Shown piece after piece: positions 26,001 to 37,249 of a DNA stretch of 64,000 nucleotides. Made by a program: the position numbers and the translations under genes. Source of the stretch: Intoshia linei (lineage: Eukaryota > Animalia > Orthonectida); assembly GCA_001642005.1 (NCBI GenBank), contig LWCA01000003.1, positions 1 through 64,000 of the forward strand, written 5' to 3'. Below the pieces are notes generated by a model. It saw only the letters and a program-made list of their open reading frames with translations. It was not told where the DNA came from and did not search any database. Each line of letters starts with the position of its first letter. Within the stretch, counting starts at the first letter, position 1.

Positions 26001-29000
26001 AATTTTGTATCATAAACAATACAGTGGTAAAATTCGATCGTAAAAACACGTTCATACATACATCAAAATTGTAACAGTAACTTTAAATTTCTAGATAATA
26101 TGAAAACTTCAAATTAAATTTATTTACTGTGGATAAATAAAAATATTATACATTAAACGTATTAGTAACGTGTACATCTAAAAATATATGAATCTAAAAT
26201 AATTTGTTTATTTCATTTTTATTAAATTTTTTATTACTCTTATCATGCTTTATTGATACTTTATAAAACAAATTATTCAATAAAACAATTTCAAATTTCA
26301 AAAACGTTTAGTTCAAAAAGTTTATAAAGAGGTTCACAGTAGTAACTAATAAAGTTGAAAAATATCGATTATATTCAACATATTTTCACACAATTACAAA
26401 TTACAAAACTGTAAATTAAAAGAAACAATCCTAACATAAATACTCCGATATTTCTTTAAATTTATATAAATGGACAATAGACTCGTTATATCAATTTTCA
26501 CCATTATATTCATCGTTGTAGTAATTGTTGGATTTTTTCTCGCCAGAAAACGGTTTGTTTTTCTTTTTTGACATTATTATATTTTCATTATCTTTTAATA
26601 TTATAGAGAGTAATTTTATGATTAACTAAAATCACTAATAATTAAAATTCTATTATTTTATTTACTACATTTAGATATTTTCAAAATATGATCATTACAA
26701 CGTCAGTTTGCTGTTACATGTTGTAATATTTTGTTTAAATTATGTCTGTTTATTATAATTTAAATTCCAAGTCTTGGAAAAATGTATTTTGACCGTAAAG
26801 CTATCAATTGTTAAGATTGATATATTTCGGAATTTACTTTCCTTAAAATACTCTTGAATACATTTAGTGTAATTTTATATAATTTTAGTATCGTTAATTG
26901 TAGTAAAGTCAAAAAAATTATAGATAAATAAACAGACAGGCAAGTATATATACTAAGTTTTTAATTTATATTCATTTTTGTGTAGTTGGCTGATTGCTTT
27001 TGTTGCGCAAATCAACCCATTGATAGGACCAAAACTGGACAGTGGATTTGCTAAATACCTAGCACACTCTATTAAATAATTTATTATTTACGTCTTATCT
27101 ATTTATCATTTTTGTTAACGTTATCAACGTTGCTACCCTATACATAAATAAATTTTTAATGTTTCGGTGATTTACCATTTTTATGTAATTAATGTAACAA
27201 AATTCCATCAATGAACGCATCAGATATACCAAACATGTTTCCACTGACATGTGCATTGGACGGATTACGCAAAACAAATGAAAATGCATTAAATTTTAAA
27301 AACAAAATTGAAAAATGTGTGGAGACCACTCTAAATTCCGAAAAGTTTGAATCTGGTATTTTCACAAACACATTTACTCAAACAAATACATCGCAATTTA
27401 ATTCATATGATCCTACTGAATCTATACGCAAAGCTGAGCATGTTTTGGAATCAGCATATGAGCAGAGAAAGGATACTATTAAAAATTTAAATTATCTCAA
27501 TATTTTGTCTACTTTCCGGTAGGACGTTTTAGAATAGACTATTTATTACGTTTAGAAATTCTGGTAAAAATACAAAATTACAAGGTTTCAAGAAAATTTT
27601 TAATGGTCAAATTTGTCCAATTGATAAGATCGTAAAAAAAAAGGTGATTAGTTAAATTGCATTGTCCATTTATATAATTTTGAAAATAAGAATTTAAAAA
27701 TTGCGTAGCAATGAAAAAAATTCCGAAAGAATGAATTATAAAATGTGTAGACATTCAATGCATATTTTTTTTGAAATTGTAGGATCAATATTTACATTTT
27801 CAATTTTTATTTTAATCGAAATATTTGAATAATATTGGTTGATAATATATTAAAAATTATTTTTCATCGGGAATGCGTAGATTTCTGGGATTGAAATTTT
27901 GTATTTATATCAACTGGAATAAGCTCTATCAGAATAATCTCTTTTTTTTAATTTTCGGACCGTTAATTATTTCACATTTTTTGTTTTAATAAAATATTTT
28001 GTAAAAAAATATATGAATACTAAAATGCTTTTTTGACCGTGAAGTCATCACTTATTTNAAATTCCAGAAAAAATAAAATTATAAAAACCTATTTTGTTAT
28101 TTTCAGTGTGATGATATATATTCAGAACCAATTTAATAAATACTTACAAATACCAATTGTATATCGATAATTAACCGAATCTTAACTTTATAAACATATT
28201 TCAGTTGAATTTTACCAATATTGCGAAGAATTGTAATAAATATAAAAATGATAACAAGGTTATATTACTTTAAGTTTTGTTGTTATAGTTTTTATTTAAA
28301 TTTTATACAAAATATTTTGAAAATGAGAATTTGAAAGTTAAAAATTTCGTAGAAATGAAAAAAAATCCGAAGGAATGAATTATATAGATTTTAACCCATA
28401 TTTCTTTATTGGAAATGTGTAGACGTTCAATACACATTTTTTTTGAATTGTAGATTTACATTTTCATTTTTATTTTAATTGATTTATTTGAAAAATATTG
28501 GTTGATTATATTAAAAATTTTTTTTTACCGAGAATGCGTAGATTTCTGGAGTTGAAATTTTGTATTTATATCAACTGGAATAAGCTGTATCAGAATAATT
28601 TTTCTTTATTTTAAATTGTATGACCGTTAATTATTTCAAATTTTTTGTTTTAATAAAATATTTTCGTGAACGTTAATTATTTTATGAGTGCTAGTTATTT
28701 AAAAAAAGTAACACAGACAGACAGAAAAACAAAAATCGCGTCGCAATTTATATAAGTTAGGATTGCGATTTAATTTACTGTCATGAAAAAATAATTAACA
28801 TTTATTAATTAATACTAACATTTGCATCTCTCTTTTTTCGTTATAGTATCGGGAATTATTACATGTGGATCATTGGCTGTGGTTTTATTTTGCATCTAAA
28901 TTAATAATATTAAATTAAATATCAATTTTCATAATTAAAACAGTTATTTAACTAATTTGAATTATAATTCTTAGATATTAATAATTATTTATTAGTGTCG

Positions 29001-32000
29001 ATATTTAGAATATTTATAATAGAGTTGGTTGTACAATATGAATGAAGAATGAAGTGAATATTAACCCAAATATAATAAATTAACAAATATGTAAGTATTT
29101 ATTTTTACAATGGAAAATAGTTTGTAATTTTGTTGATATTTTAAATTTTTTCTTTTTTTATAAGATAAATAAGTTTCCCCACTTTTGGAAGTTCATTGGA
29201 AATATTGGCACAAAAATACATTTGGAGTGTTTTAGCAGCATTGTATGCATCGTAATTTGTAAAAGGTTCACATATATTTGAAGTAACAGAAAAATTTTCA
29301 TAAGTTTTATCATTCACAACTTCTTCATTGACATTTCAAATTAAATCATTAAAAAATTCAGTCTGTTTTAGACTCCACATCATATACAATACATTCTTTC
29401 AATAATTCATTTTGAATTTCATCATTGGTTGTATGAAACAATTCCAAATTTGCATTTTTGTATGAATATAAAAAACAATTTTTAATACTATCAATTGATA
29501 CTGATCCCCAAGTCCTTGATATCCAAATTAGGGCATTGTAGTAAAATATTTTCTTGCACCACTCCTCTTGGGTTACGTTTACTGAGTCAGAAATTTCAAA
29601 ATTTACCGAAGAGATTAGACATCTNCCACGTTAAAAAACTAAAAATATAAAAAATTAACGACGATAAATATAATCGACTAGGTTGACTATTATGTATTAC
29701 TATTTAAAAAATATTGGTTGCTAATATAATAAAAATTATTTTTCATCGAGAATGCGTTGATTTCTGGGTTGAAATTTTGTATTTATATCAACTGGAATAA
29801 GCTCTATCAGAATAATCTTTTTTTTAATTTTCGGACCGATTATTTCAGATTTTTTGTTTTAATAAAATAGTTTGGAAAAAAATATATGAATACTAAAATG
29901 CTTTTTTGGCCGTGAAGACGTCACTTATTCAGATTGAAATATTTTTAGTGTTAACAGAATACAACTGTACCACCTGTAATTTTGTTTAAATTCTAGGGCT
30001 GTTGTCATTAAAAAAAAAAGGGTAATTTGTGGTTTTGGCTCTGAAAATATATTTTTTTAAATTCTCCAAATCATTTGATTTTCAAAAAAGGGACAATTGG
30101 GGTTTTTGACCAGTAAGATGTAAGTTTGGGAGGTTGAAATTATTATATTATTATATCCTTACTAAGAATATGTTCAAGTTGAATTTTTTCATGAAGATTA
30201 AATGACACAATGATTAGAATCATTATCTTAGTAGATAATCATAGCAATTCATGTCATATTTATTTACAATTAACACTCAACGATAAAAAAAGATCATTAT
30301 CATCAACTTTCAATAAAATAAACTGAATCCAAGAATTAAACAAAATTATAACCCAAGGATATTTAATCTAAAACAGTGTTTACCATCTGAGCGATATCGC
30401 CCAGTGGAGAATTAGCTTTCTAAGAAAGTGATAATCAAAATTTTTACTCTCCCTTTGAAAAATACAGAATTTTGGAAGATAAAGAAATAAAATAATTGTG
30501 TAATGTAATGATTAAAGGGGAATCGGGAAAATTATGAAAGGATACCAAAATACTTTGCAAAAGAACGAGGCAAATCAAATAAATGCTACTACCAAAAAAA
30601 TAATAAATAAAAAATTACATTTTCCATGTTAAACGACGTGAAAGGAATATTGTGCTTTGCACAGATCAATTTCAATTCAGATTCAATATTTATATCTTTG
30701 AAATTTAAATAATCAGGATAGAATTGTTTGTCTATAATAATGAAATTTATATAATTTTCAAGTGAAATATAGTCATTAGAAAAGTGTCCCAAAATTATTT
30801 TCAAAATATTTTAAAATTGGGTGAAAAAATAATATGATTAATTTGCAAAATCGATGATTATGTCGCTCTAATACAGGGGCACAACTTTTCCACCAATTCA
30901 GCTGTAAAGCTAGTTTACTCATTGGTACTATGGCCGCACAAAATTTAATTTTACTTTTGAGAGGGTTTAAATCCATTTTTAGAATATGGCCAAAGTCAAA
31001 AATGTAACATTTTGATAAAAATATTTCCCTTGAATTTGAATTAAAATGATATGCATTATTATTGCATGGATTTCCCACAGCCTCAAATAAACGCTGTCAC
31101 GGACGCAGGTTGTGCACCCTGCTTTAAGGTGTACCGCTAAAATTAATATCGATTTAGATAAGTGGTTCCCGATTCAAATAGTGTACCAACTCCCATTCAA
31201 AATATATTTATTTTTGCCAAAGGAAAAATGAAATATAAAACTTTTATGAAAAAATTAAATGTTTTTTCTAAGATTTAGTAAAATCGTGTTTTTCAAAAAT
31301 ATAATAGAAAAAGTGGATTTTAGATTTTATGGTTTAAGTGTATTGTTTTTGTAAGGTTTTGTAAAATCAATTTTCGAAATATTAATAATAATAACGGTCG
31401 ACTAGGCTTAGGATAAATTCTCAACATCTGGTAAATCTATAATAAATATTAAAAATTCTACAAAAATAAACAAAAGTTGATAAATTTTTTTTATATTTTA
31501 TTTTATTTATATACCCAGGCATATAGTTATGGATCCTCAATTGGGAACCACTGCTTTAGAGAATAAACGTCTATTTTAGTATAAGTACTATTTTGGCAAA
31601 GTTTCTACAAAACCATCCACCCTTGGTCACTATAAACCAAATCATTAATAAATACCACAAATATATACGACATGAGGCATAAATTTTCGCGTATCATGAT
31701 TCATTTTTATCTAAATGAAAAAAAATGATTCCATCAATATGAAAAAAAATTGGCCAATACTCAGTAGAATGTCATAATCATCGGATTTTAAAGTATCATT
31801 TTTTAAATTTTTACAGAGGTGGTTGAAATAATGGATCTGGCTAACAAGTGTGCTAAATTTAAAAAAGGTTAAGAAACCCTAATCTAGAGAATAGATGCCA
31901 TTAAAATCATTATGAAATTGTTACAATTGGAAAATAGATATAAATACTAAATTCTGAGTACATAATTAAAATAAATACATGTACAAAATTACATTTTATA

Positions 32001-32926
32001 ATTTCGAAATTTGTTTTCGAGGTTTTATACAATTTTTCGCGGCTCCAAAATGCCACAAGTCTCGGTTGCGAAACACTAGACTATGAACCTAAAAAATACG
32101 ACATGTTTACCAGTATCCCTTAAAACATAAGGCGTAAAGGTTTAGCATTGGAAAACTATATATCACAAGTAGGCAAAACTAAAATTTCCCGCTGGTTAAA
32201 TTTGATAAATTAATCTAAAGGAAAAATTTAGAATTTTTTTGTATCATAAAATACCACATCAAAATTGATTTAAAATAAAATTATGGTAAATATTGGAGCC
32301 GCAAAATACTATCATTTTTTTATTAATATTTTCTAAAAGTAAACCCAATACAAATAAAAAATTATATCAACAAAAAAGACTGAATTTATACATATTTTAA
32401 TTTTAAGTAAAAATTAAAATTACATCAATAATCAAATTGAGTAAAAAAATGGAATTTTGTCGACCAGATATAGCTAACATGGATTTAACATTGTAAAGAC
32501 TTTGGTTATGTTGGCCAAATCCTTTGCGGAAATTTCTAAGCATATCCAACTTGAAACAAGGTCTAAATCAAGTACATGTTTTTAAATAATTTTTTGAAAG
32601 TAGATTGCGACAATTTGTATTTTATAATTTTTCACACAAAAAATAAAAATAATAGACTAAATGAGTCTAAAGCGTAACTATCTAAATTAGTGTCAAAGAT
32701 TATAGTACAATTCCTAAACATTACACGGTAAAATGACCACATAAAATAAAAATGTCTAATAAAAAGGACAGAAAATTAATATACGTATAAATAATTACTT
32801 GCAAAAACATTCAGAATCTCTAATTTTGAAAGTAGATCGCTTTTTACATTTTTTGCAGATCAAAAGATTAATTTTCTTATCTTCAACGTTTGCTAGACAG
32901 CTTCCTTTACAACATTCAACAAACAT
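23079..32926 (-). CDS. CTU2: Cytoplasmic tRNA 2-thiolation protein 2 (CTU2/Ncs2), multi-exon, spanning three N gaps
   Basis: Manual splicing gives MFVECC..CKKC..IRDSECFCK|PCFKLDMLRNFRKGFG..KSMLAISGRQNS, LICAKHNIPF..MEN|FFNVDILSNFY, PLRLFNSKEITLFNHY, LFISLLSSHPGSNNTVFRISEKM..CSLC and terminal YCQSC. These follow the recalled CTU2 motif order. Some 3' micro-exons are unresolved. Confidence 0.8.
25107..25421. repeat. 315-bp segment identical to 29626-29940, abutting N at 25422
   Basis: Identical by eye from CCACGTTAAAAAAC to CAGATTGAAAT; offset 4519. Confidence 0.95.
26470..27079 (+). CDS. ATP6V0E: V-type proton ATPase subunit e (exons 26470-26552, 26675-26722, 26986-27079)
   Basis: Spliced product MDNRLVISIFTIIFIVVVIVGFFLARKRYFQNMIITTSVCCYMFWLIAFVAQINPLIGPKLDSGFAKYLAHSIK* carries the subunit-e signature CCY.FW.I...AQ.NPL.GP. 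Confidence 0.92.
27211..27645 (+). CDS. Hypothetical protein, 5' part (interrupted by repeat and N gap)
   Basis: 103-aa ATG ORF with coding-like composition and a probable second exon at ~27555-27642; no recognisable family. Confidence 0.4.
27715..28057 (-). mobile_element. Repeat family 1 copy abutting N at 28058
   Basis: Shared core GGAATGCGTAGATTTCTGG..ATCAACTGGAATAAGCTCTATCAGAATAATC. Confidence 0.8.
28140..28763 (-). mobile_element. Repeat family 1 copy, internally deleted, with terminus and (CTGT)n
   Basis: Core match; reverse-complement terminus ATCCTAACTTATATAAA...CTGTCTGTCTGTGTTAC. Confidence 0.7.
29140..29624 (-). pseudogene. pogo/Tigger (DDE_1, CENP-B-like) transposase C-terminal remnant
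   Basis: Reverse-strand translation YNALIWISRTWGSVSIDSIKNCF matches the Tigger A..WI..AW..V....I.NCF motif; stop codons downstream. Confidence 0.7.
29626..30140 (-). repeat. Second copy of the 315-bp duplication, continuing into repeat family 1
   Basis: Follows N at 29625; 29626-29940 is identical to 25107-25421. Confidence 0.9.
30874..31121. mobile_element. hAT (Charlie-like) MITE
   Basis: TIRs CAGGGGCACAAC / GTTGTGCACCCTG; the same end is seen at ~5440-5453. Confidence 0.65.
31160..31553. mobile_element. MITE family 2, two-ended copy
   Basis: TIRs AAGTGGTTCCCGATT / AATTGGGAACCACTG; flanks ATTTAGAT / CTTTAGAG (6/8). Confidence 0.75.
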
Positions 32927-33223
32927 TTTATAGTTATATTTTTTTAAATTTTAAACAAAAATTTTTTAAAAAGCAGCTAAACTATTCATCTAGATTACTT
33001 TATAATTTTTTAAATAAAAAGTAAATAAATCTACTAATAAATGTGAATATATAAAATTTATTTTAGAATTTAAATGAAAACTAACTTTTTTTAAATCAAA
33101 TGTTATAGAAACTATCACGTGATATTAAAATAAACTCAACGTATTCACCATTACCAAATAAAATACCATAATTTAAACATAAAAATTATAAAATAACTAA
33201 AAACTAAACAACTCTCCAAAATT

Positions 33224-36200
33224 ATGAAATCGGTAATAGAAGAGACACGTAGTTCCGCAAGGATAGCAATAATAAATTTGATAAAATGTAAACCAAAACG
33301 GTGCAATCTAGAATGTAAAAAATGTTGCCCAGTGAACAAAGTGGGTAAAAAGTGTATAGAAGTAGAGAAAACAGACAAGACCTCAATAATTAGCGAAACA
33401 ATGTGCATTGGTTGCGGATTGTGTGTAAAAAGGTGCCCGTACAAAGCCATTGAAATTATAAATTTACCCAGTTCTTTGGAATCTGATACTACTCATAGAT
33501 ACGGACCAAACTCTTTTAAATTGCATCGACTACCTATTCCTCGACGTGGTGAAATTTTAGGACTTGTTGGTATCAATGGTATTGGTAAATCCACTGCACT
33601 TAAAATTTTGGGTGCAAAATTAAAACCAAATTTGGGAAATTTTAGTGATCCACCCGATTGGCTGGCCATTTTAAAACATTACAGAGGATCCGAATTACAA
33701 AACTTTTTTAAAGCTGTATTGGAAGATAATATTAAAACTCTAATTAAACCTCAATATGTAGATCAAATTCCTAGAGCTGTTAAAGGTACCGTTGGTGAAT
33801 TGATTAAAAAAAAGAGCGAAATTCCGGATTATACGCACATTTTGAAGCAATTGGGACTTACTAAATTGATGGACCGCAAAATTAGTGAATTATCTGGAGG
33901 AGAACTTCAGAGATTTGCTATAGCTATTGTGTGTATTCAAAATGCCGATATTTATATGTTTGATGAACCTTCTTCTTATTTAGATGTTAGTCAACGATTG
34001 AATATAGCTAAAGTTATTAGGGAATTAGTTGGCAATGATAAATATATTATTGTTGTTGAACACGACTTAGCAGTTTTGGATTATATGAGTGATTTTATTT
34101 GCTGTCTTTATGGAAAACCTGGTGCGTATGGAGTCGTCACATCTCCTTCCAGTGTTCATAAGGGAATCAACATTTTTCTCGATGGTTATGTTCCCACTGA
34201 AAATGTGAGATTTCGTCAAGAAAAATTAATCTTTAATATTGCTGAAACTGCTACAGAGGATGAGATTAAACGATTAAGAAATACGAAATATCCTACCCTT
34301 CAAATTACTCTAGGCTCTTTTAAACTTTCTGTTGAAAGTGGAGCTTTTACTGATTCCGAAATTATTGTTATGCTTGGAGAAAATGGTACTGGTAAAACTA
34401 CATTCATTAGACTCCTTGCCGGTAGATTGAAAGCTGACGATGGAAATGGTTTATTATTGATATTATTAATATTTTATTGTTACATTTTAATCAGGGGTTC
34501 CATGTGCTAGGCAAGTTATTTCGAATTAAACCGTTTTTTCAATCAGGGGTACAATTTTATATGATATATTCGCATTTATTTCAGATTATATTGCAATGGT
34601 TCTTAACCGGGTATTACTGTTTTGTTAATTACAGTAATAAACTAATCAATTATTGTTATTATCGTGCCTCGTTGTCAACTAGATTTAAATATCAATTAAT
34701 GAATATTATTCATTCGATTCGTGAGTATCCAAATGATGAATGTATTAACATTACTATATTAATTAATTAATGATGTTTAATGAATAAAAAATTTGTATGG
34801 TTTGGGGTGCACAACCAAAAAAAGCTAAGAGGCACTGTTATAGTGATTTAAAGATATTTTATAAATTATTGAAACAATGTTGGAGAATATTAGTTTAATC
34901 CGTTGGTTTACAATCTGATAAGATTTGGTAGCCCTTGTGTAGAGTATTGTTAATTGTATAAATTCAATTTTTTTAAGAATGAACATTTTAAAAAATCTTT
35001 AAACGTAATAAATTTTTAATTTTATTGGTTAATTATTAATTGATTATATATATATTTTGAAACATTGAAGGTGAATAGGAGGGTTTACTTAATGTATATT
35101 TTTAGAAGATATTCCTGAATTACGTGTTAGCTATAAACCCCAAAAAATTAGTCCAAAATCTACTGGAACTGTACGGATGTTACTTCACAATAAAATCCGT
35201 GATGCATACGTTCACCCACAATTTGTTAGTGACGTTATTAATCCTCTGAATATTGAAGCGCTATACGATCAAGAGGTTTATATAACATTTACCATTATTA
35301 TTTACATTAAACCCTTGAACCGCCGACATTTCCTGGTAATTACCACAGAGCCGAACTGACCGTCCCGAAACCCTCCTCGTTGAATGGTAACTCAAATGTT
35401 GGTTTCTGTACTGTAGGTTTTGGCAACATTTTGTATCTTATGAACCACTTTTTTATATCAAAAAATTATACGGGCCCGTTTTTGAAAATGTACACTTGTT
35501 ACATTTCAATTTTAACTGAAGAAAAACGGTTCTAGTATATTTAACAAAAAATCAAATTATGGGCGATCTGAGAATTCAGTATTAAAATAATTTTAGTGAG
35601 CCAATTATAGTAGAAACTGTTTATTTCATAATTAATTTTATTCAAAAAAAATAGATTTTTGAAATAAATAATATCAAAGTAAGATCAATGTTTATATAGA
35701 GATTTCAAATTTCCATATAAAAACGATAAAGGTTGCAAAAGAAATGATATCGGATGCAATAGCAACGCTATTCGTGAAAAAGTTACGTTAAAGGTTAAAA
35801 ATCTATAAAAATTGATCCTACTTTGATATTACTTATTTCAAAAATCTATTTTTATGTAATTTGCAATTATTCCGAAATTTAATTTTTTTGTTTTCTACGA
35901 TCAACTTTTTAATTTTTAACATAGGTTACGATCAGAAACATTTTTTTAGTCAATGTATAAGTCGATCGTATCAAAAACGGTTGGGCACCCCTGCTCTATA
36001 ATATGATAAAAAATGAATATACATTATTAATTATGGTACATGAAAAATATTGAAATGATGTGAGAAAGCTGATAATTTATAATTATGAAGACGTAAAACG
36101 TTTCAATGAAATATCAGACATTTAATATACCTGTTCAAGCGTACATAATAATGTAGTAATAGTATCTGATTGACTACAAATTAATTTCAAATTTATCTAA

Positions 36201-36423
36201 GAATTTTTAAAAATATATAGCTAATTTGAATTAAAAAATCGTTGACTTGAAGTTGAAACCCTGTAATATGTTAATTTTAGGTGCAAAATTTGTCAGGTGG
36301 TGAACTTCAAAGAATAGCTTTAACAATTTGTCTTGGAAAACCAGCGGACGTGTATTTAATTGACGAACCTTCTGCCTATTTAGACTCTGAACAACGTTTA
36401 TATGCTTCAAAGGTCATTAGACG
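33224..36423 (+). CDS. ABCE1: ABCE1/Rli1 ribosome recycling ATPase, 3'-partial (exons 33224-34448, 35106-35275, 36281-36423)
   Basis: N-terminal Fe-S motifs CKPKRC..ECKKCCP and [12 protein letters not shown]; Walker [10 protein letters not shown] and GENGTGKTT; LSGGELQR twice; DEPS twice. Final exon(s) not found in the window. Confidence 0.97.
34594..34836. mobile_element. hAT (SPIN/Charlie-like) MITE, 243 bp, ABCE1 intron 1
   Basis: TIRs CAATGGTTCTTAACC / GCTAAGAGGCACTG; flanks TTATATTG / TTATAGTG (7/8). Confidence 0.75.
35648..35852. repeat. Foldback element with ~50-bp inverted arms, ABCE1 intron 2
   Basis: AAAAATAGATTTTTGAAATAAATAATATCAAAGTAAGATCAAT pairs with ATTGATCCTACTTTGATATTACTTATTTCAAAAATCTATTTTT. 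Confidence 0.75.
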
Positions 36424-36499
36424 GTATATTTATGTATTGATTTTAAAAATATATAAAATTGACGTGTAAAATAAATATCCACGCCATATTTATTTTTGC

Positions 36500-37230
36500 T
36501 TTTTCGTGAGTTCCTTAAAATCTTTAATCATCCCAACCTTTTGCACAGGCTTTTATGTCGAGAATTTTCTTTTCTAAAAGTTTTTCCAATTAATTCTTTC
36601 ATTTCTACTAATACATTTTCATTAAAGAGTTCCAAATTGTTTTCATTTATCATACGTACTATTGATACACTACTACTATTACAAAAACAGGTTTGTTGTA
36701 GTGTTCCATAAAAAAATATTCTAATTCCCATAATTTTTGGAAAATTCCACGCCAACAACTCCACCAAATTATTATAGATATTACTGATGCTTCGTATCTA
36801 GAGTTACAACGTGTTAAATTATATCGGTCCATTAATTTATCTCCTATATTAGTATCCACAAGTCTTAGTGTTTCTTTAGCCTCAGTAATACATGTAAAAA
36901 TATCACCTATTATCAGATTTAGTATATGAGCAGCACATTTAATACCTATAATATCTGTATGGACACTATTAACATTCCTTAGACTTTTTTGCATATTTCT
37001 AGCATTGTCTACAACGCAGCAAAGACCTTTAGCCCACAAATCTGTAGTTCCAGTAGTATTGTATGGAAATGCTTCCAGTAAATGCTTATACAATTTGTTA
37101 CCACTCTGTTCTTCCATTTCGGCGCTACTCCAATAAAATACTTTTTTGTTATATTTTAATATCTAACAACGCATACATGTCTGACTGAGTTGATTGGGTT
37201 TTTCCACGAATTAAGCATTATGGATATTAG
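36500..37230 (-). pseudogene. hAT transposase remnant (DUF659-type)
   Basis: CCVVDNARNM...CAAHILNLIIGDI (D-N-A-x-N-M and CxxH motifs) and TRxNS; frameshifted. Confidence 0.8.
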
Positions 37231-37249
37231 AAAAATGCGATTGTAAGCT

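Noticed and set aside
28700-28900. Apparent tail-anchored C-terminal exons (KKSNTDRQKNK..IITCGSLAVVLFCI)
   Set aside because: The first block is the family-1 terminus with its CTGT microsatellite read on the opposite strand
30776-31078. 100-aa minus-strand ORF
   Set aside because: Mostly within the hAT MITE at 30874-31121
34477-34770. 97-aa ORF after ABCE1 exon 1
   Set aside because: Intronic, overlaps a MITE, and has no ABCE1 similarity
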